A stretch of DNA of 17,295 nucleotides from the IMG/VR virus record IMGVR_UViG_3300037067_027627. One strand, given 5' to 3'. Below, piece after piece: positions 1 through 9,058 of the stretch (within the stretch, counting starts at the first letter, position 1; each line of letters starts with the position of its first letter). Source of the DNA: a virus (lineage: Duplodnaviria > Heunggongvirae > Uroviricota > Caudoviricetes). Under the pieces are notes generated by a model. It worked only from the letters and a program-made list of their open reading frames with translations. It was not told the origin of the DNA and searched no databases. Both the position numbers and the translations under genes were made by a program.

Positions 1-507
1 AATTGGGTTAATGTCAGTAACGTGAGTGTGTCTGGAAGCGTAGTTGTAGTATTCCAGTCCGGAGGATCTATATCCGGGCAGATTGCATGGGGTACTGGGT
101 TATCTGGACAAACATGTGTCCAAACGGTAAACGGTAGCTACGTGTCTGTATCTGGAATTGTTGGGCAGACGATTTCGTCTGCATTCTACCAGATAAGTTC
201 GGTATCGCAGACTACGATTGCACTGAGCGGCGCAGTAACTGTGCCAACATATCTGTCGTATGCATTATTACATTTGAACAGCAATATGAATGTATCAAGC
301 GAGTTTGCAGTATATTACAAGGGATCTATCGGAACGGGTGCATACAGTTCCAAGATCTACTCGATGAATATGTCCGGGCATGCAGATGTGTTGTTCACAC
401 CAGATCCGCGATTCACTTTGCAATCAGGGGATGCTATATCGATGTTCTTTACGAACTCTGGATCGTTGACTGTGGCAATGCAGATGGCTTACTCGGTATC
501 GCCGTGA
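1..507 (+). CDS. 5'-truncated Ser/Gly/Val-rich beta-strand protein, probable virion structural protein
   Basis: The frame is open from base 1 (aat tgg gtt aat gtc agt aac gtg), so the track start at 22 is probably not the real start. Low-charge, beta-rich composition. First gene of a tightly packed + strand cluster. Confidence 0.6.
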   Translation, partial: NWVNVSNVSVSGSVVVVFQSGGSISGQIAWGTGLSGQTCVQTVNGSYVSVSGIVGQTISSAFYQISSVSQTTIALSGAVTVPTYLSYALLHLNSNMNVSSEFAVYYKGSIGTGAYSSKIYSMNMSGHADVLFTPDPRFTLQSGDAISMFFTNSGSLTVAMQMAYSVSP

Positions 508-524
508 TAGGAGATATTTGAACT

Positions 525-1199
525 ATGGGATCTTATATAGATGGAAAAAAAGCAGGCGGGGATCATGCGACGTTGGATAATCTTGATTTTTCTACCGCAG
601 GTCATACCGGATTTGAAACGGCAGGTTCATACACATCTGCCATAACCTATGCGAACTTGCAGGATGATTACCACACTACAAGCGCAAACGCGTATGCAAC
701 ATCCGGTGCCGCAGGTGCGTATACTTCCTCTATAACTTACGCGAACCTACAAGATGACTATCATACTACGAGTGCAAATGCATACGCTACATCTGGTGCC
801 GCAGGTGCATACACCTCTGCCATAACCTACGCAAACTTGCAGGATGATTATCATACCACTTCTGCGAACGCGTATGCGACATCCGGTGCCGCAGGTGCCT
901 ACACCTCTGCTACAGCTTTCACTACATCCGGGTTATCCTTGAAAGCCCCGATTGCATCCCCGACTTTTACCGGGACGATTACTATTCCGGATGCAGCATC
1001 TGCATTACGCACAGTAACCGCAGTTGCAAACGGGAAAACATTTATAGGGAATGGAACTGGATTCACAGTGGCGACATTGACCGCAGGAACCGGGGTTGTT
1101 ATTTCGAATGGTGCTGGATCAATTACGATTTCAACGAGTGGTAGTGGAGGCGGAGTGACTATAGGAGAAGTAGCAGCATGGGCTGCGCTGGGGTTCTAA
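525..1199 (+). CDS. Fibre/spike-like virion protein with three 30-aa tandem repeats
   Basis: GGAGA SD upstream. The C-terminal segments LKAPIASPTFTGT and GNGTGFTVATLTAGTGVVISNGAGSITI resemble motifs common in phage fibre proteins (recognised from memory, not searched). Confidence 0.65.
   Translation: MGSYIDGKKAGGDHATLDNLDFSTAGHTGFETAGSYTSAITYANLQDDYHTTSANAYATSGAAGAYTSSITYANLQDDYHTTSANAYATSGAAGAYTSAITYANLQDDYHTTSANAYATSGAAGAYTSATAFTTSGLSLKAPIASPTFTGTITIPDAASALRTVTAVANGKTFIGNGTGFTVATLTAGTGVVISNGAGSITISTSGSGGGVTIGEVAAWAALGF
621..910 (+). repeat. In-frame 90-nt tandem repeat, 3 full copies plus a partial fourth (AGAYTSAITYANLQDDYHTTSANAYATSGA)
   Basis: Units begin gcaggt at 621, 711, 801 and 891. 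Protein is nearly identical between units while the DNA is synonymously diverged. Confidence 0.97.
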
Positions 1200-1200
1200 T

Positions 1201-1632
1201 ATGACGACTGATGTATATAAAATAGGGGGTGTAGGAACGGATACTTTAACAAATCGTGTAGTGAAACCAATTGCTACGAGACCGGGAAGCCTCTCTACAG
1301 GAACATCAAAACCGTTTTATTTTGGAGGATCTGTGTACGTTGTTCCAGCCAGCACAGTATACATCCCAACGATGATATGGTCTTGCGCAAATAGTATTTA
1401 TAGCAATGCCACCGCGAATTTCTATATCGCGTATGCTGATGATAGTGCAATGACAACGAATGTAGTTCCATTTGCGCAAGTTCCGATTATTGTAAGAGGT
1501 ATATCTACACCTCTCCCGATAGGAGGTTGCGTAAGTGTCCCATCTGGTAAATACATCGGATTTATAAATCCCACTGCTGCCTCCTCCCCCTCTTTTTGTG
1601 AACAAATACTTGGGTATGAGGAAAGCGTATGA
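1201..1632 (+). CDS. Beta-rich putative virion protein, paralogue 1 of 3
   Basis: Shares GTDT, YADxxxxT, SVPxxKYxG and GYEE motifs with the next two ORFs. Starts 1 nt after the upstream stop. Confidence 0.75.
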   Translation: MTTDVYKIGGVGTDTLTNRVVKPIATRPGSLSTGTSKPFYFGGSVYVVPASTVYIPTMIWSCANSIYSNATANFYIAYADDSAMTTNVVPFAQVPIIVRGISTPLPIGGCVSVPSGKYIGFINPTAASSPSFCEQILGYEESV

Positions 1633-2060
1633 CAACTTCATATAGTTTCAAAGGCATGGGGACAGATACTATATCTGGAAGAGTTACAAAAGTTCTGAAC
1701 ACTTTACCAATATCCGTGACTGCTTCGGGCACGACACCTTTCAAATTTGGGACTGGCAACTATAGTGTTACCAGTGGCAAAACGTTTTACCCGACAACTG
1801 TGTATACTGTAAGTGTATCAACCCCTAACTTTGCGTGGACTGCGTTGGTTTATGCAGATAATGGCGGGATAACATCCGGAGTAGTTGAACTAACGTATTA
1901 TCCAATGGTGCCAAGATACACAGCGACTTGCGGGTGGAATGGGCCATACGAAATATTTGGGGTTTCTGTACCATCTACGAAATATGTTGGGGTGAAAAAT
2001 GTGGATGCAACAGATTATGGAGGAAATGCTGCTTCCATTTTAATAGGATACGAGGAATGA
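1629..2060 (+). CDS. Beta-rich putative virion protein, paralogue 2 of 3
   Basis: ATGA overlap with the upstream gene. Motifs GTDTISGR, GKTFYPT, YADN, SVPSTKYVG, GYEE. Confidence 0.75.
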   Translation: MTTSYSFKGMGTDTISGRVTKVLNTLPISVTASGTTPFKFGTGNYSVTSGKTFYPTTVYTVSVSTPNFAWTALVYADNGGITSGVVELTYYPMVPRYTATCGWNGPYEIFGVSVPSTKYVGVKNVDATDYGGNAASILIGYEE

Positions 2061-2061
2061 T

Positions 2062-2496
2062 ATGACAGACACATATAAAATTGGAGGGTTTGGTACAGAT
2101 ACGATATCTGGAAGAACATCGATTCATTTGGCATCACCAATTGTCGGAACGGTTACATCTGGAACTGGGTACACATTTGAGTATGATGCCGCTGATTACG
2201 TGGTTACCGCCGGGAAATCATTTTATCCTACAGAATTTGATTTGTATTGCAACGTTGCTGGTGATAACCAGCCGGTTATGATAACTATTGTTTACGCGGA
2301 TAACTCCGCGCTTACGACAAATCGTGTTGATATTGGATCATTTGCTACTGGATTTTATGGGACGGTTATGATGTACGCAAATATTCCGATTGGTGGGATA
2401 CCGTCAGTGCCCGCAGGGAAATACGTAGGGTTGTGGAATTATTATGGATCGGCTACTGGTGGGAAACAATGCTTTTTAAAAGGATACGAAGAATAA
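2062..2496 (+). CDS. Beta-rich putative virion protein, paralogue 3 of 3
   Basis: Motifs YKIGGFGTDTISGR, GKSFYPT, YADN, SVPAGKYVG, GYEE. Confidence 0.75.
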   Translation: MTDTYKIGGFGTDTISGRTSIHLASPIVGTVTSGTGYTFEYDAADYVVTAGKSFYPTEFDLYCNVAGDNQPVMITIVYADNSALTTNRVDIGSFATGFYGTVMMYANIPIGGIPSVPAGKYVGLWNYYGSATGGKQCFLKGYEE

Positions 2497-2498
2497 AA

Positions 2499-5400
2499 TT
2501 AGAAAGTGTCTAACACTTTCTTTACGAACAGGGATGAATCTGCATCCTGATCCGTTCTCATTTTAAGAATGTTCCTGTAATCGGCATCACCTTTGGTATA
2601 CTTTGCGCATCCGGATGTATCGGTGTAGTCAACGTATTCGCTGCCGTCTTCATCGGATTTGTCATTCCAAAGGTATGTACAGGATCCGTTGCAGGTTGCA
2701 TTGACCCCGTTGTCGGCAAGTATGATCTGCACAGCATCATATACAATGTCCCAGTGCTTGTGGTAGTTAGGATCAACGTCGTAATGGTTGCATGCAGTTT
2801 GCACGGACAGGTAATCGTTATTCCCGCGCTTGCATCTGTGCATCAGCAACCGTGCAAACCACTTGGGCTCATATGGACTATCTTTCGTGAGATACGCAAC
2901 ATAGCTTCCGAAGTCGATATACGAGTGCACGGTGTTGCAGTACCCGCCATGACCTCTGCCAATCGAATCGTTGTCTCCGATTCTCATGCATGAATTGTCA
3001 TCCCATACGTTGCAGGAAGATATTCTCGCGATATCCATAGGTTTATTCGTGATATTCAGCGTATAGTGATCCCCGCCTTTGCTTGCGGCATCTTCGTGGG
3101 ATGTAACCAGTTGAATCAACCCAAATAGATCGGGGTTTATCTCTTGCAGCTTGCGAAGTAATTTTCTTGGGAGTGACGTAAGCAGTTCACGGAACCCGAA
3201 TACCTTTGTTAACGCGTCAACTGGTTTGCCAGTTGCGTCATCAATGTATTCCAGTTTGACTTGCACGTCGTTATTAGTGCGCTTGAGTTCCACATAATGT
3301 TCCGATATACTTGATGCGGGTTTGAATGTAATTTTGGGTGTTGCTGTAGTTTTGTCTTTGCGGTTACCATATGATTCGGATACAAGCATAGGTGCAAGCA
3401 CTGCGTGTAACCCAACTTGGGTGTATTTCTCATACTCGATGTACGGCTTGCGGATGTACCCACCGTGAAGTAAGGAACCTACAGATTTAGCGTACCTGTA
3501 TAATCGTGAATCTGTCCATTTCTCTTCCCCGGGATTGACACGGTATGATCCGACGATTCCGAATGGATCTGGTCTCATGGTTGTAGAAGTTACTGGATCG
3601 TCTATCAGTCTTTGTACGAACCTCATGCTTCCTTTGTATGGAAGATTTGCATTCATGTCTTTCATGCATGAGACATCGTATTTGGCACGATTCTCGTATG
3701 TCGGAGTATATGGTTCTATAGGTGTTGAGTCGGATTCAGATGGTATCCCTATATATTTTGCGAACTTGTTGATCGCATTGTTCTTACTGCGGGTGCTTCC
3801 ATCAATAACTTCCACATATCGCAGATCCCCCTTAATGTTGTGGAGTTGATGATCAACTGATGCGCGGTATCCCGGGGATGTGGTTGATCTGGCATCATCG
3901 AGATACTTGACAAAGTTATCACGGATAATGGTTTTTGTTGTTTCATCATACTTGTCGTACCATTTGGTTAAAATATCTGAAGCATACTCGAAATTTGAAG
4001 TATCGAAGATTTGTGGAGACATTGTATTGATTATGTGATTTACATCGTCTTCTGAAAGTGCTCCGAAGTTACGTTCTGATTGTATCAGGTATGATACGAA
4101 GTTACGGAATGATGTATTATATCCATATTTACTCACATTTACGTACGCCCATTGATGGATGTCTGCTATCTTCGCGACTCTGCTTGTATACCCGCGTTCC
4201 ATTACATTGGACAACGTTGAAGGGATAGTGGATGTGCGAACATTGTAGTTCGGATCATGGCTGTATTTATCCACTAGATTTGCCATTGTGTCTGTCAAAA
4301 CGTCATCCAGACCTATAGACTTCCCGTTTTCCTTAGAAGAAACTACAATGTAGTTCTTCATCAGGTTTGATTCGTCTAACTGTGTTATTCTCCCAGCCTT
4401 CGTGAGACTTTTAATACGTGATAACGTTTCTGGGTATGTAAGTTTTCCAAATACATTGCTTATTATATAATGTGCATGCACGTACTTATCGTTTGAATAC
4501 AGTTCGGATGCGATTTTCTCCAAGCAGTTTACTTTAATCCCACTTTCTACGCTATTGCAGTTCTCCTGATTGAGCAGCGGGAGAATCTCCCCGGCATAAG
4601 TTGGATTTCCAGTAAGTGCGCGGATAGGTGCGCCTTTTTCTACAAGCAGATCGAATGCGTTTACTTCGTGCATTGGCACACTGCCGTATATGTCGTTTTG
4701 GCAAGTTGTAGCTGTCAGATTTTTCAGACTGTCGAATACGTTTCCACTTTTAGATGGATCCAGATTGAGGATTGTTTTGATGTCCATCAGGGTGCGCATC
4801 ATATCCGTCGGCTGATCTGCACTTGGAGTGATATTATATAATGCTTCTATGATACGGCAGGGTTGGTTGACGAACTCGTCACTGCGTATCAATGTATCAC
4901 GAAGATTATTAAACGCGGTAAAATCCGATGGCAACGATGCGGATGTAAGGCGTGATTCTGATGCGGGGCTGACTCTGACTACACGATTAAACATCTGATC
5001 CAGACAGTTTACCATGACAGTTTTGTTTGTTGACGGGTTCGTTTCCGAACACTTGTTCCCGTAGAACGGTGAGTCAATGGATTCTGCATCTATTGCGTGA
5101 TTCTTTGAGAACTTCTTTACTATGAGGTTTATAGCCTTGAATGGAGACGCGTTGCCGTCAACCCATAGACGGTCGATCATCATGGAAAAGCATGATGCGT
5201 AGTTCGCAGTAGTCGAATTACAATTTGAAGATTCCTGAACGATCTCTTTGTCGAATCGCCCGGATTCGAGCATTCCGATAAGTAATGTGTTCGCGTACGC
5301 AGATGATGTTGAGTGTAGATTCGGGACGTTGTTTCGTAATGCAAGCCTGATTACTTTTTCGTAGCAGGACACTTTGTTCTTTTCGGCTTGTTCTGTTGCA

Positions 5401-6113
5401 AGTTTATCCCTGTTGTCACTAACACGTATGTAATCACACTGGGTATCGTTCAGGAAATCTTCCGGGACTTTGCTCAGGTCGATAATTCTCCAGTTGTTGT
5501 TTTGGCTGATTACACTGTCAAAGCAGTTCATCATGTTGTTAAGATCTCGTCTCCGGCAACTGTCGTGTTTCAAATACTGGGGGTATCGTGAAATTATAGA
5601 CTGGACATCTTCCATTACTTTTCCAAACGATGGTTCTGCTGTCGGGGTTAATTTTTTTCCACTTTTACCAGTGGATCTTACAATACGGCTACCATCAGGA
5701 TTTGACAACGGTTCTGTATATCCTCGCAATGCGCTATAGGATTCGATGATTTTTGGAACGCACGACATTACATTGCGGGTGTCTGGTTTTTTTCCGCGCA
5801 ATGTAGGAGCAATGCACAGTGGCTGATCTAAATCTATCTCCGGATCTGACAAATACTCGTATATTATCGGGTTAACTGAGTTTTTATTTGCAGAACCCCC
5901 GCTAAACGCCAATGATCCACCGTATATAATATCTTCGAGGATGTGTTCTATACACGAGACAGATTCCGATTCTGTGATCGACATGTATATGGGATCTCCG
6001 GACTTTATTGATTTAAAACAATTATCAATATATTGTACATTGTTATAAGTACTGCCGCCCTTTCCATATAAAACGCCTTGATCTTTTTGATCTTTGATAG
6101 AATGCAACACCAT
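2499..6113 (-). CDS. 1204-aa hypothetical multidomain protein with N-terminal paired-Cys degenerate repeats
   Basis: Uninterrupted 3.6-kb ORF with a GGTG SD-like sequence upstream of the ATG. No family recognised with confidence. Confidence 0.85.
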   Translation of the reverse strand: MVLHSIKDQKDQGVLYGKGGSTYNNVQYIDNCFKSIKSGDPIYMSITESESVSCIEHILEDIIYGGSLAFSGGSANKNSVNPIIYEYLSDPEIDLDQPLCIAPTLRGKKPDTRNVMSCVPKIIESYSALRGYTEPLSNPDGSRIVRSTGKSGKKLTPTAEPSFGKVMEDVQSIISRYPQYLKHDSCRRRDLNNMMNCFDSVISQNNNWRIIDLSKVPEDFLNDTQCDYIRVSDNRDKLATEQAEKNKVSCYEKVIRLALRNNVPNLHSTSSAYANTLLIGMLESGRFDKEIVQESSNCNSTTANYASCFSMMIDRLWVDGNASPFKAINLIVKKFSKNHAIDAESIDSPFYGNKCSETNPSTNKTVMVNCLDQMFNRVVRVSPASESRLTSASLPSDFTAFNNLRDTLIRSDEFVNQPCRIIEALYNITPSADQPTDMMRTLMDIKTILNLDPSKSGNVFDSLKNLTATTCQNDIYGSVPMHEVNAFDLLVEKGAPIRALTGNPTYAGEILPLLNQENCNSVESGIKVNCLEKIASELYSNDKYVHAHYIISNVFGKLTYPETLSRIKSLTKAGRITQLDESNLMKNYIVVSSKENGKSIGLDDVLTDTMANLVDKYSHDPNYNVRTSTIPSTLSNVMERGYTSRVAKIADIHQWAYVNVSKYGYNTSFRNFVSYLIQSERNFGALSEDDVNHIINTMSPQIFDTSNFEYASDILTKWYDKYDETTKTIIRDNFVKYLDDARSTTSPGYRASVDHQLHNIKGDLRYVEVIDGSTRSKNNAINKFAKYIGIPSESDSTPIEPYTPTYENRAKYDVSCMKDMNANLPYKGSMRFVQRLIDDPVTSTTMRPDPFGIVGSYRVNPGEEKWTDSRLYRYAKSVGSLLHGGYIRKPYIEYEKYTQVGLHAVLAPMLVSESYGNRKDKTTATPKITFKPASSISEHYVELKRTNNDVQVKLEYIDDATGKPVDALTKVFGFRELLTSLPRKLLRKLQEINPDLFGLIQLVTSHEDAASKGGDHYTLNITNKPMDIARISSCNVWDDNSCMRIGDNDSIGRGHGGYCNTVHSYIDFGSYVAYLTKDSPYEPKWFARLLMHRCKRGNNDYLSVQTACNHYDVDPNYHKHWDIVYDAVQIILADNGVNATCNGSCTYLWNDKSDEDGSEYVDYTDTSGCAKYTKGDADYRNILKMRTDQDADSSLFVKKVLDTF

Positions 6114-6205
6114 ATATCAGCACCGTAGTATGGTATATTGTTCGTATCAAAGTATAAGAAGATTTCCGAGCATATTAAATTAAATCAAAAAAGTTTTCAC
6201 AAATC

Positions 6206-6213
6206 TTTATATA
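6206..6213 (+). promoter_or_regulatory. Archaeal TATA box (TTTATATA) for the 6256/7053 gene pair
   Basis: Lies in an AT-rich divergent intergenic region. Followed by the SD-like AGAGGTTGA at 6242-6250 and ATG at 6256. Confidence 0.6.
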
Positions 6214-6255
6214 GTCTGGTAAACATATACCTGTCCGATCAGAGAGGTTGATCAT

Positions 6256-7053
6256 ATGAGTGTTATAGACAAAAATGGGCTTGTAAAAGACAATGAGCTG
6301 CTTGTTGTTTATCTTCCACAGTCGAATAAGGCTATGGTATACCGGGTAATCAGCAGACAGAACAAATCTTTTGAGAGAATCGACTATGGGAAAGTTCCAA
6401 CGTCAGCGAGTGAGGTTCTGAATACACTCGATGGCGGTACTGCCACCGTTGGTGTCGATGGTGATTTACCTGCACGGACTTACACCGCTGGGAAGAAATT
6501 CGCACAGACTGGTTGCTGGGACGAGAGCGATATGTGGTTTGTGCCATATACGTGGAACGACCGCGTATTCCATGTGAAGACGCAGATCACCCCGGGGTTT
6601 GCTCGTGTAGGATTACAGATCCCGCAGGGCGTTAACCAAAGCCGTTTCCAGAAGGAACGTGTTGTTGGTGGCGTTGACAGCAATCTCGGGTTTGGATATA
6701 ACCGTGGAGAACTCGAAACGGTACATCTTCCGGAGATTCATTACGGGTATACATTCGCAAACGATACCAATCTCCCGTTAAGAACAGGTGTTCGTTTTAT
6801 CTATGGAGAATACATTGTGAAGATCCCGAACAGCGCATCGCTCATCTGTGATGTTCTTTCCAGAAACTACCCGGCTCACTGGGTTGGTCTCCCGATTTCT
6901 ACGGCAGACGCATCGATCACGCAGGGTCTTAAAAAGACATGGGGATTCGATGGATTTACTGTATATCCGAACCAATACCGCGAACAGGCACTTGCAGAAT
7001 ACGGGGCGATCCTTGCAAGCCCTGATGTAATCGGCAAGGGGGTGTTGATGTAA
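6256..7053 (+). CDS. 265-aa hypothetical protein, candidate major virion/capsid protein
   Basis: Has its own TATA box and a strong SD. Beta-rich and coupled to the next gene (TAATG). The capsid role is inference only. Confidence 0.7.
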   Translation: MSVIDKNGLVKDNELLVVYLPQSNKAMVYRVISRQNKSFERIDYGKVPTSASEVLNTLDGGTATVGVDGDLPARTYTAGKKFAQTGCWDESDMWFVPYTWNDRVFHVKTQITPGFARVGLQIPQGVNQSRFQKERVVGGVDSNLGFGYNRGELETVHLPEIHYGYTFANDTNLPLRTGVRFIYGEYIVKIPNSASLICDVLSRNYPAHWVGLPISTADASITQGLKKTWGFDGFTVYPNQYREQALAEYGAILASPDVIGKGVLM

Positions 7054-7517
7054 TGTCGTCAGATGTATTCACAATTCATGCAACAACGTGCTCAAACGCT
7101 GCTACCTTACAATCTGGTACAATTGCATCTGCGTCCGGGGCGTTGTTCCTTGCGAGCGACCTGTGGAGTGGACATATCCACGCGACACTTCCAGAGAACA
7201 ACACGATCCGCGTTCCGAAGGGATGCGATCTCAAGATCTGGGATGCAACCGTATACGGACTCCCTGCAACGGTTTCTATCATGGCGTCATCCGACAGTGG
7301 CGCGACTTACGGAAACGTGAAGTCTTATGCTAACTTGACAGATACTGCTGCATCCAACTCGGTGTACTCAGTTAAGCACACTGCAAGGCCAGTTGTGATC
7401 CCGAGCTCAGACGGACGAAAGTTCGTTAAGTTTGTCTATATCACCCAGAACGGGGATACAGTGAACAATGTAAATGCAGATTTCACCGCCGAAATCGTTG
7501 AATCTGACACTTACTAA
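7053..7517 (+). CDS. 154-aa beta-rich protein, candidate single jelly-roll capsid protein
   Basis: TAATG overlap with the upstream gene. Alternating-strand pattern (TIRVPKGCDLKIWD, FVKFVYIT, FTAEIVE). Followed by a hairpin. Confidence 0.7.
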   Translation: MSSDVFTIHATTCSNAATLQSGTIASASGALFLASDLWSGHIHATLPENNTIRVPKGCDLKIWDATVYGLPATVSIMASSDSGATYGNVKSYANLTDTAASNSVYSVKHTARPVVIPSSDGRKFVKFVYITQNGDTVNNVNADFTAEIVESDTY

Positions 7518-7523
7518 CTTGAA

Positions 7524-7559
7524 TCACCCGGAATGATCCGGGTGACAGGTCATCTTTTT
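7524..7559 (+). terminator. Stem-loop plus T-tract, probable terminator or mRNA 3'-end stabiliser
   Basis: TCACCCGGA-atga-TCCGGGTGA (7524-7545), 7 nt after the stop, followed by TTTTT at 7555-7559. Confidence 0.6.
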
Positions 7560-7597
7560 ATTATTAACTTACATACCATATGCACTGGAGGGATTAA

Positions 7598-8347
7598 GTG
7601 CCAGCAGCATGGGAAATATTTTCAGATATTCCGACTATACTAGAATCTGGAGTAAACCTGCAAGTGAGCAAACAGGGAGGAAGAAAACTCGCGGTTTTGA
7701 TACCACACACCGGGGAGGTTTCTTCGGAGTGGTGTTTGAAGTTTAAAGATATACAGATGCCACCGGGGTCACAAGTGTTTATGTCTCGCGGAATGCCGAT
7801 TGATGTAACTCGCGAGTCTATGGTGAAATCAGCGTTGGATCAGGGGTTCGAATGGATATTTTTCTTGGATTCGGATGTGATTTTACCAGACAAGGCGTTA
7901 GAAATGTTATTTTCACACAAGCTACCCCTTATCAATGGAATGTATAAGGCAAAGAAACCCGGGGGATTCTTCTGGGCTGTGTGGATGCGTACCAAAACCC
8001 CGGATGGAAAGGAAGCATTTGCCCCGATATCATCTTGGACAGGGCGACTCATTCAATGTGATGTCATTGGAACCGGGTGCATGCTAGTGCATCGTAGCGT
8101 ATTCGAGAAGATACGTGAGAAGTTTCCAAAACTCCCGTGGTTCTTATGGTCAAAGGATCGCAACCCCGCATTGCTTGATAGTCTCGACTTGCCGGATCCG
8201 TTGATGCGGGATGTATCGGAGGACTTTTATTTCTGTATGCTCGCCAAACTTGCAGGGTTCCCAACCGTTGTAGACACCGAAGTGAAATGCGGGCACATTT
8301 CAGTTGTAAAGATAGATGAAAAAACGGTAACTCTACCGAGCGTTTGA
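7598..8347 (+). CDS. GT-A fold (GT2-like) glycosyltransferase
   Basis: WIFFLDSDV DxD motif, GTGCMLVHRSVF, SEDFYFC, VDTEVKCGH. GGAGG SD before a GTG start. Confidence 0.85.
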   Translation: MPAAWEIFSDIPTILESGVNLQVSKQGGRKLAVLIPHTGEVSSEWCLKFKDIQMPPGSQVFMSRGMPIDVTRESMVKSALDQGFEWIFFLDSDVILPDKALEMLFSHKLPLINGMYKAKKPGGFFWAVWMRTKTPDGKEAFAPISSWTGRLIQCDVIGTGCMLVHRSVFEKIREKFPKLPWFLWSKDRNPALLDSLDLPDPLMRDVSEDFYFCMLAKLAGFPTVVDTEVKCGHISVVKIDEKTVTLPSV

Positions 8348-8364
8348 TAAAAAGGATGTGAATT

Positions 8365-9051
8365 ATGAAACGAATATTAGGAAGAACGATTATCAAGGAA
8401 CCAGAGAAGTTGTACGGATACTATACAGTTAACCCGGTCAACTTCGATCTGTTGGATCTGAATGCGGTTCATTTCCGGTTCCAGTGGGCGGTTGATTATA
8501 TCCAGAGATTGAGAAATACATCTGTTGTTACTTACAATGCACTTGATATAGGAGCGCACGATGGTACTCTCGGAGCGTTGATTGCACGAATGAAAATCGA
8601 TCCCGATCAACCCACAAGCAATTCCCCGAATGTTGATGTTATTGAATCGTATCCACCATCGATAGAAGCGTGCGAAACGCTTGCAAAAACGGTGCGGGAT
8701 CGTGGACTGAAAATGAACGTGTGCAAGACAACGTTCGAAGAGTTTCAGCCGGATCACCTGTATGATGTGATAACAGCGTTTGAAGTTCTTGAGCACACTC
8801 GTGATCCCATGTTTTGTATCGAAAAGATATATGACATGCTTGAAACCGGAGGGCATGTGTTTCTTTCTATTCCGGAAGAGCACGGATCGTTCGGGGTTAA
8901 CGACAAGAACCCGTTCCACTACTGGACGGCAACAACGCAGTCACTGATATCCACATTGTTCTATGATGACCGCAAGTGGCATATCGTTCAGATGATGGAA
9001 GTTAATGGATTGATTCATCTGCTTGTGCGGAAGACAACATATCAGGCGTGA
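8365..9051 (+). CDS. Class I SAM-dependent methyltransferase
   Basis: Motif I ALDIGAHDGTLG, then YDVITAFEVLEH and GGHVFLSIP. Confidence 0.88.
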   Translation: MKRILGRTIIKEPEKLYGYYTVNPVNFDLLDLNAVHFRFQWAVDYIQRLRNTSVVTYNALDIGAHDGTLGALIARMKIDPDQPTSNSPNVDVIESYPPSIEACETLAKTVRDRGLKMNVCKTTFEEFQPDHLYDVITAFEVLEHTRDPMFCIEKIYDMLETGGHVFLSIPEEHGSFGVNDKNPFHYWTATTQSLISTLFYDDRKWHIVQMMEVNGLIHLLVRKTTYQA

Positions 9052-9058
9052 TTGAAAC

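Noticed and set aside
621-910. 90-nt repeat as a CRISPR array or Borg-type perfect repeat
   Set aside because: There are no spacers, the copies are in frame and synonymously diverged, and no cas genes are present.
1201-2496. Paralogue cassette as DGR targets
   Set aside because: No reverse transcriptase, no template/variable repeat pair and no adenine-specific differences in the window.
2558-5739. Short ORFs nested in or antisense to the 1204-aa gene
   Set aside because: Alternative-frame noise with no independent support.
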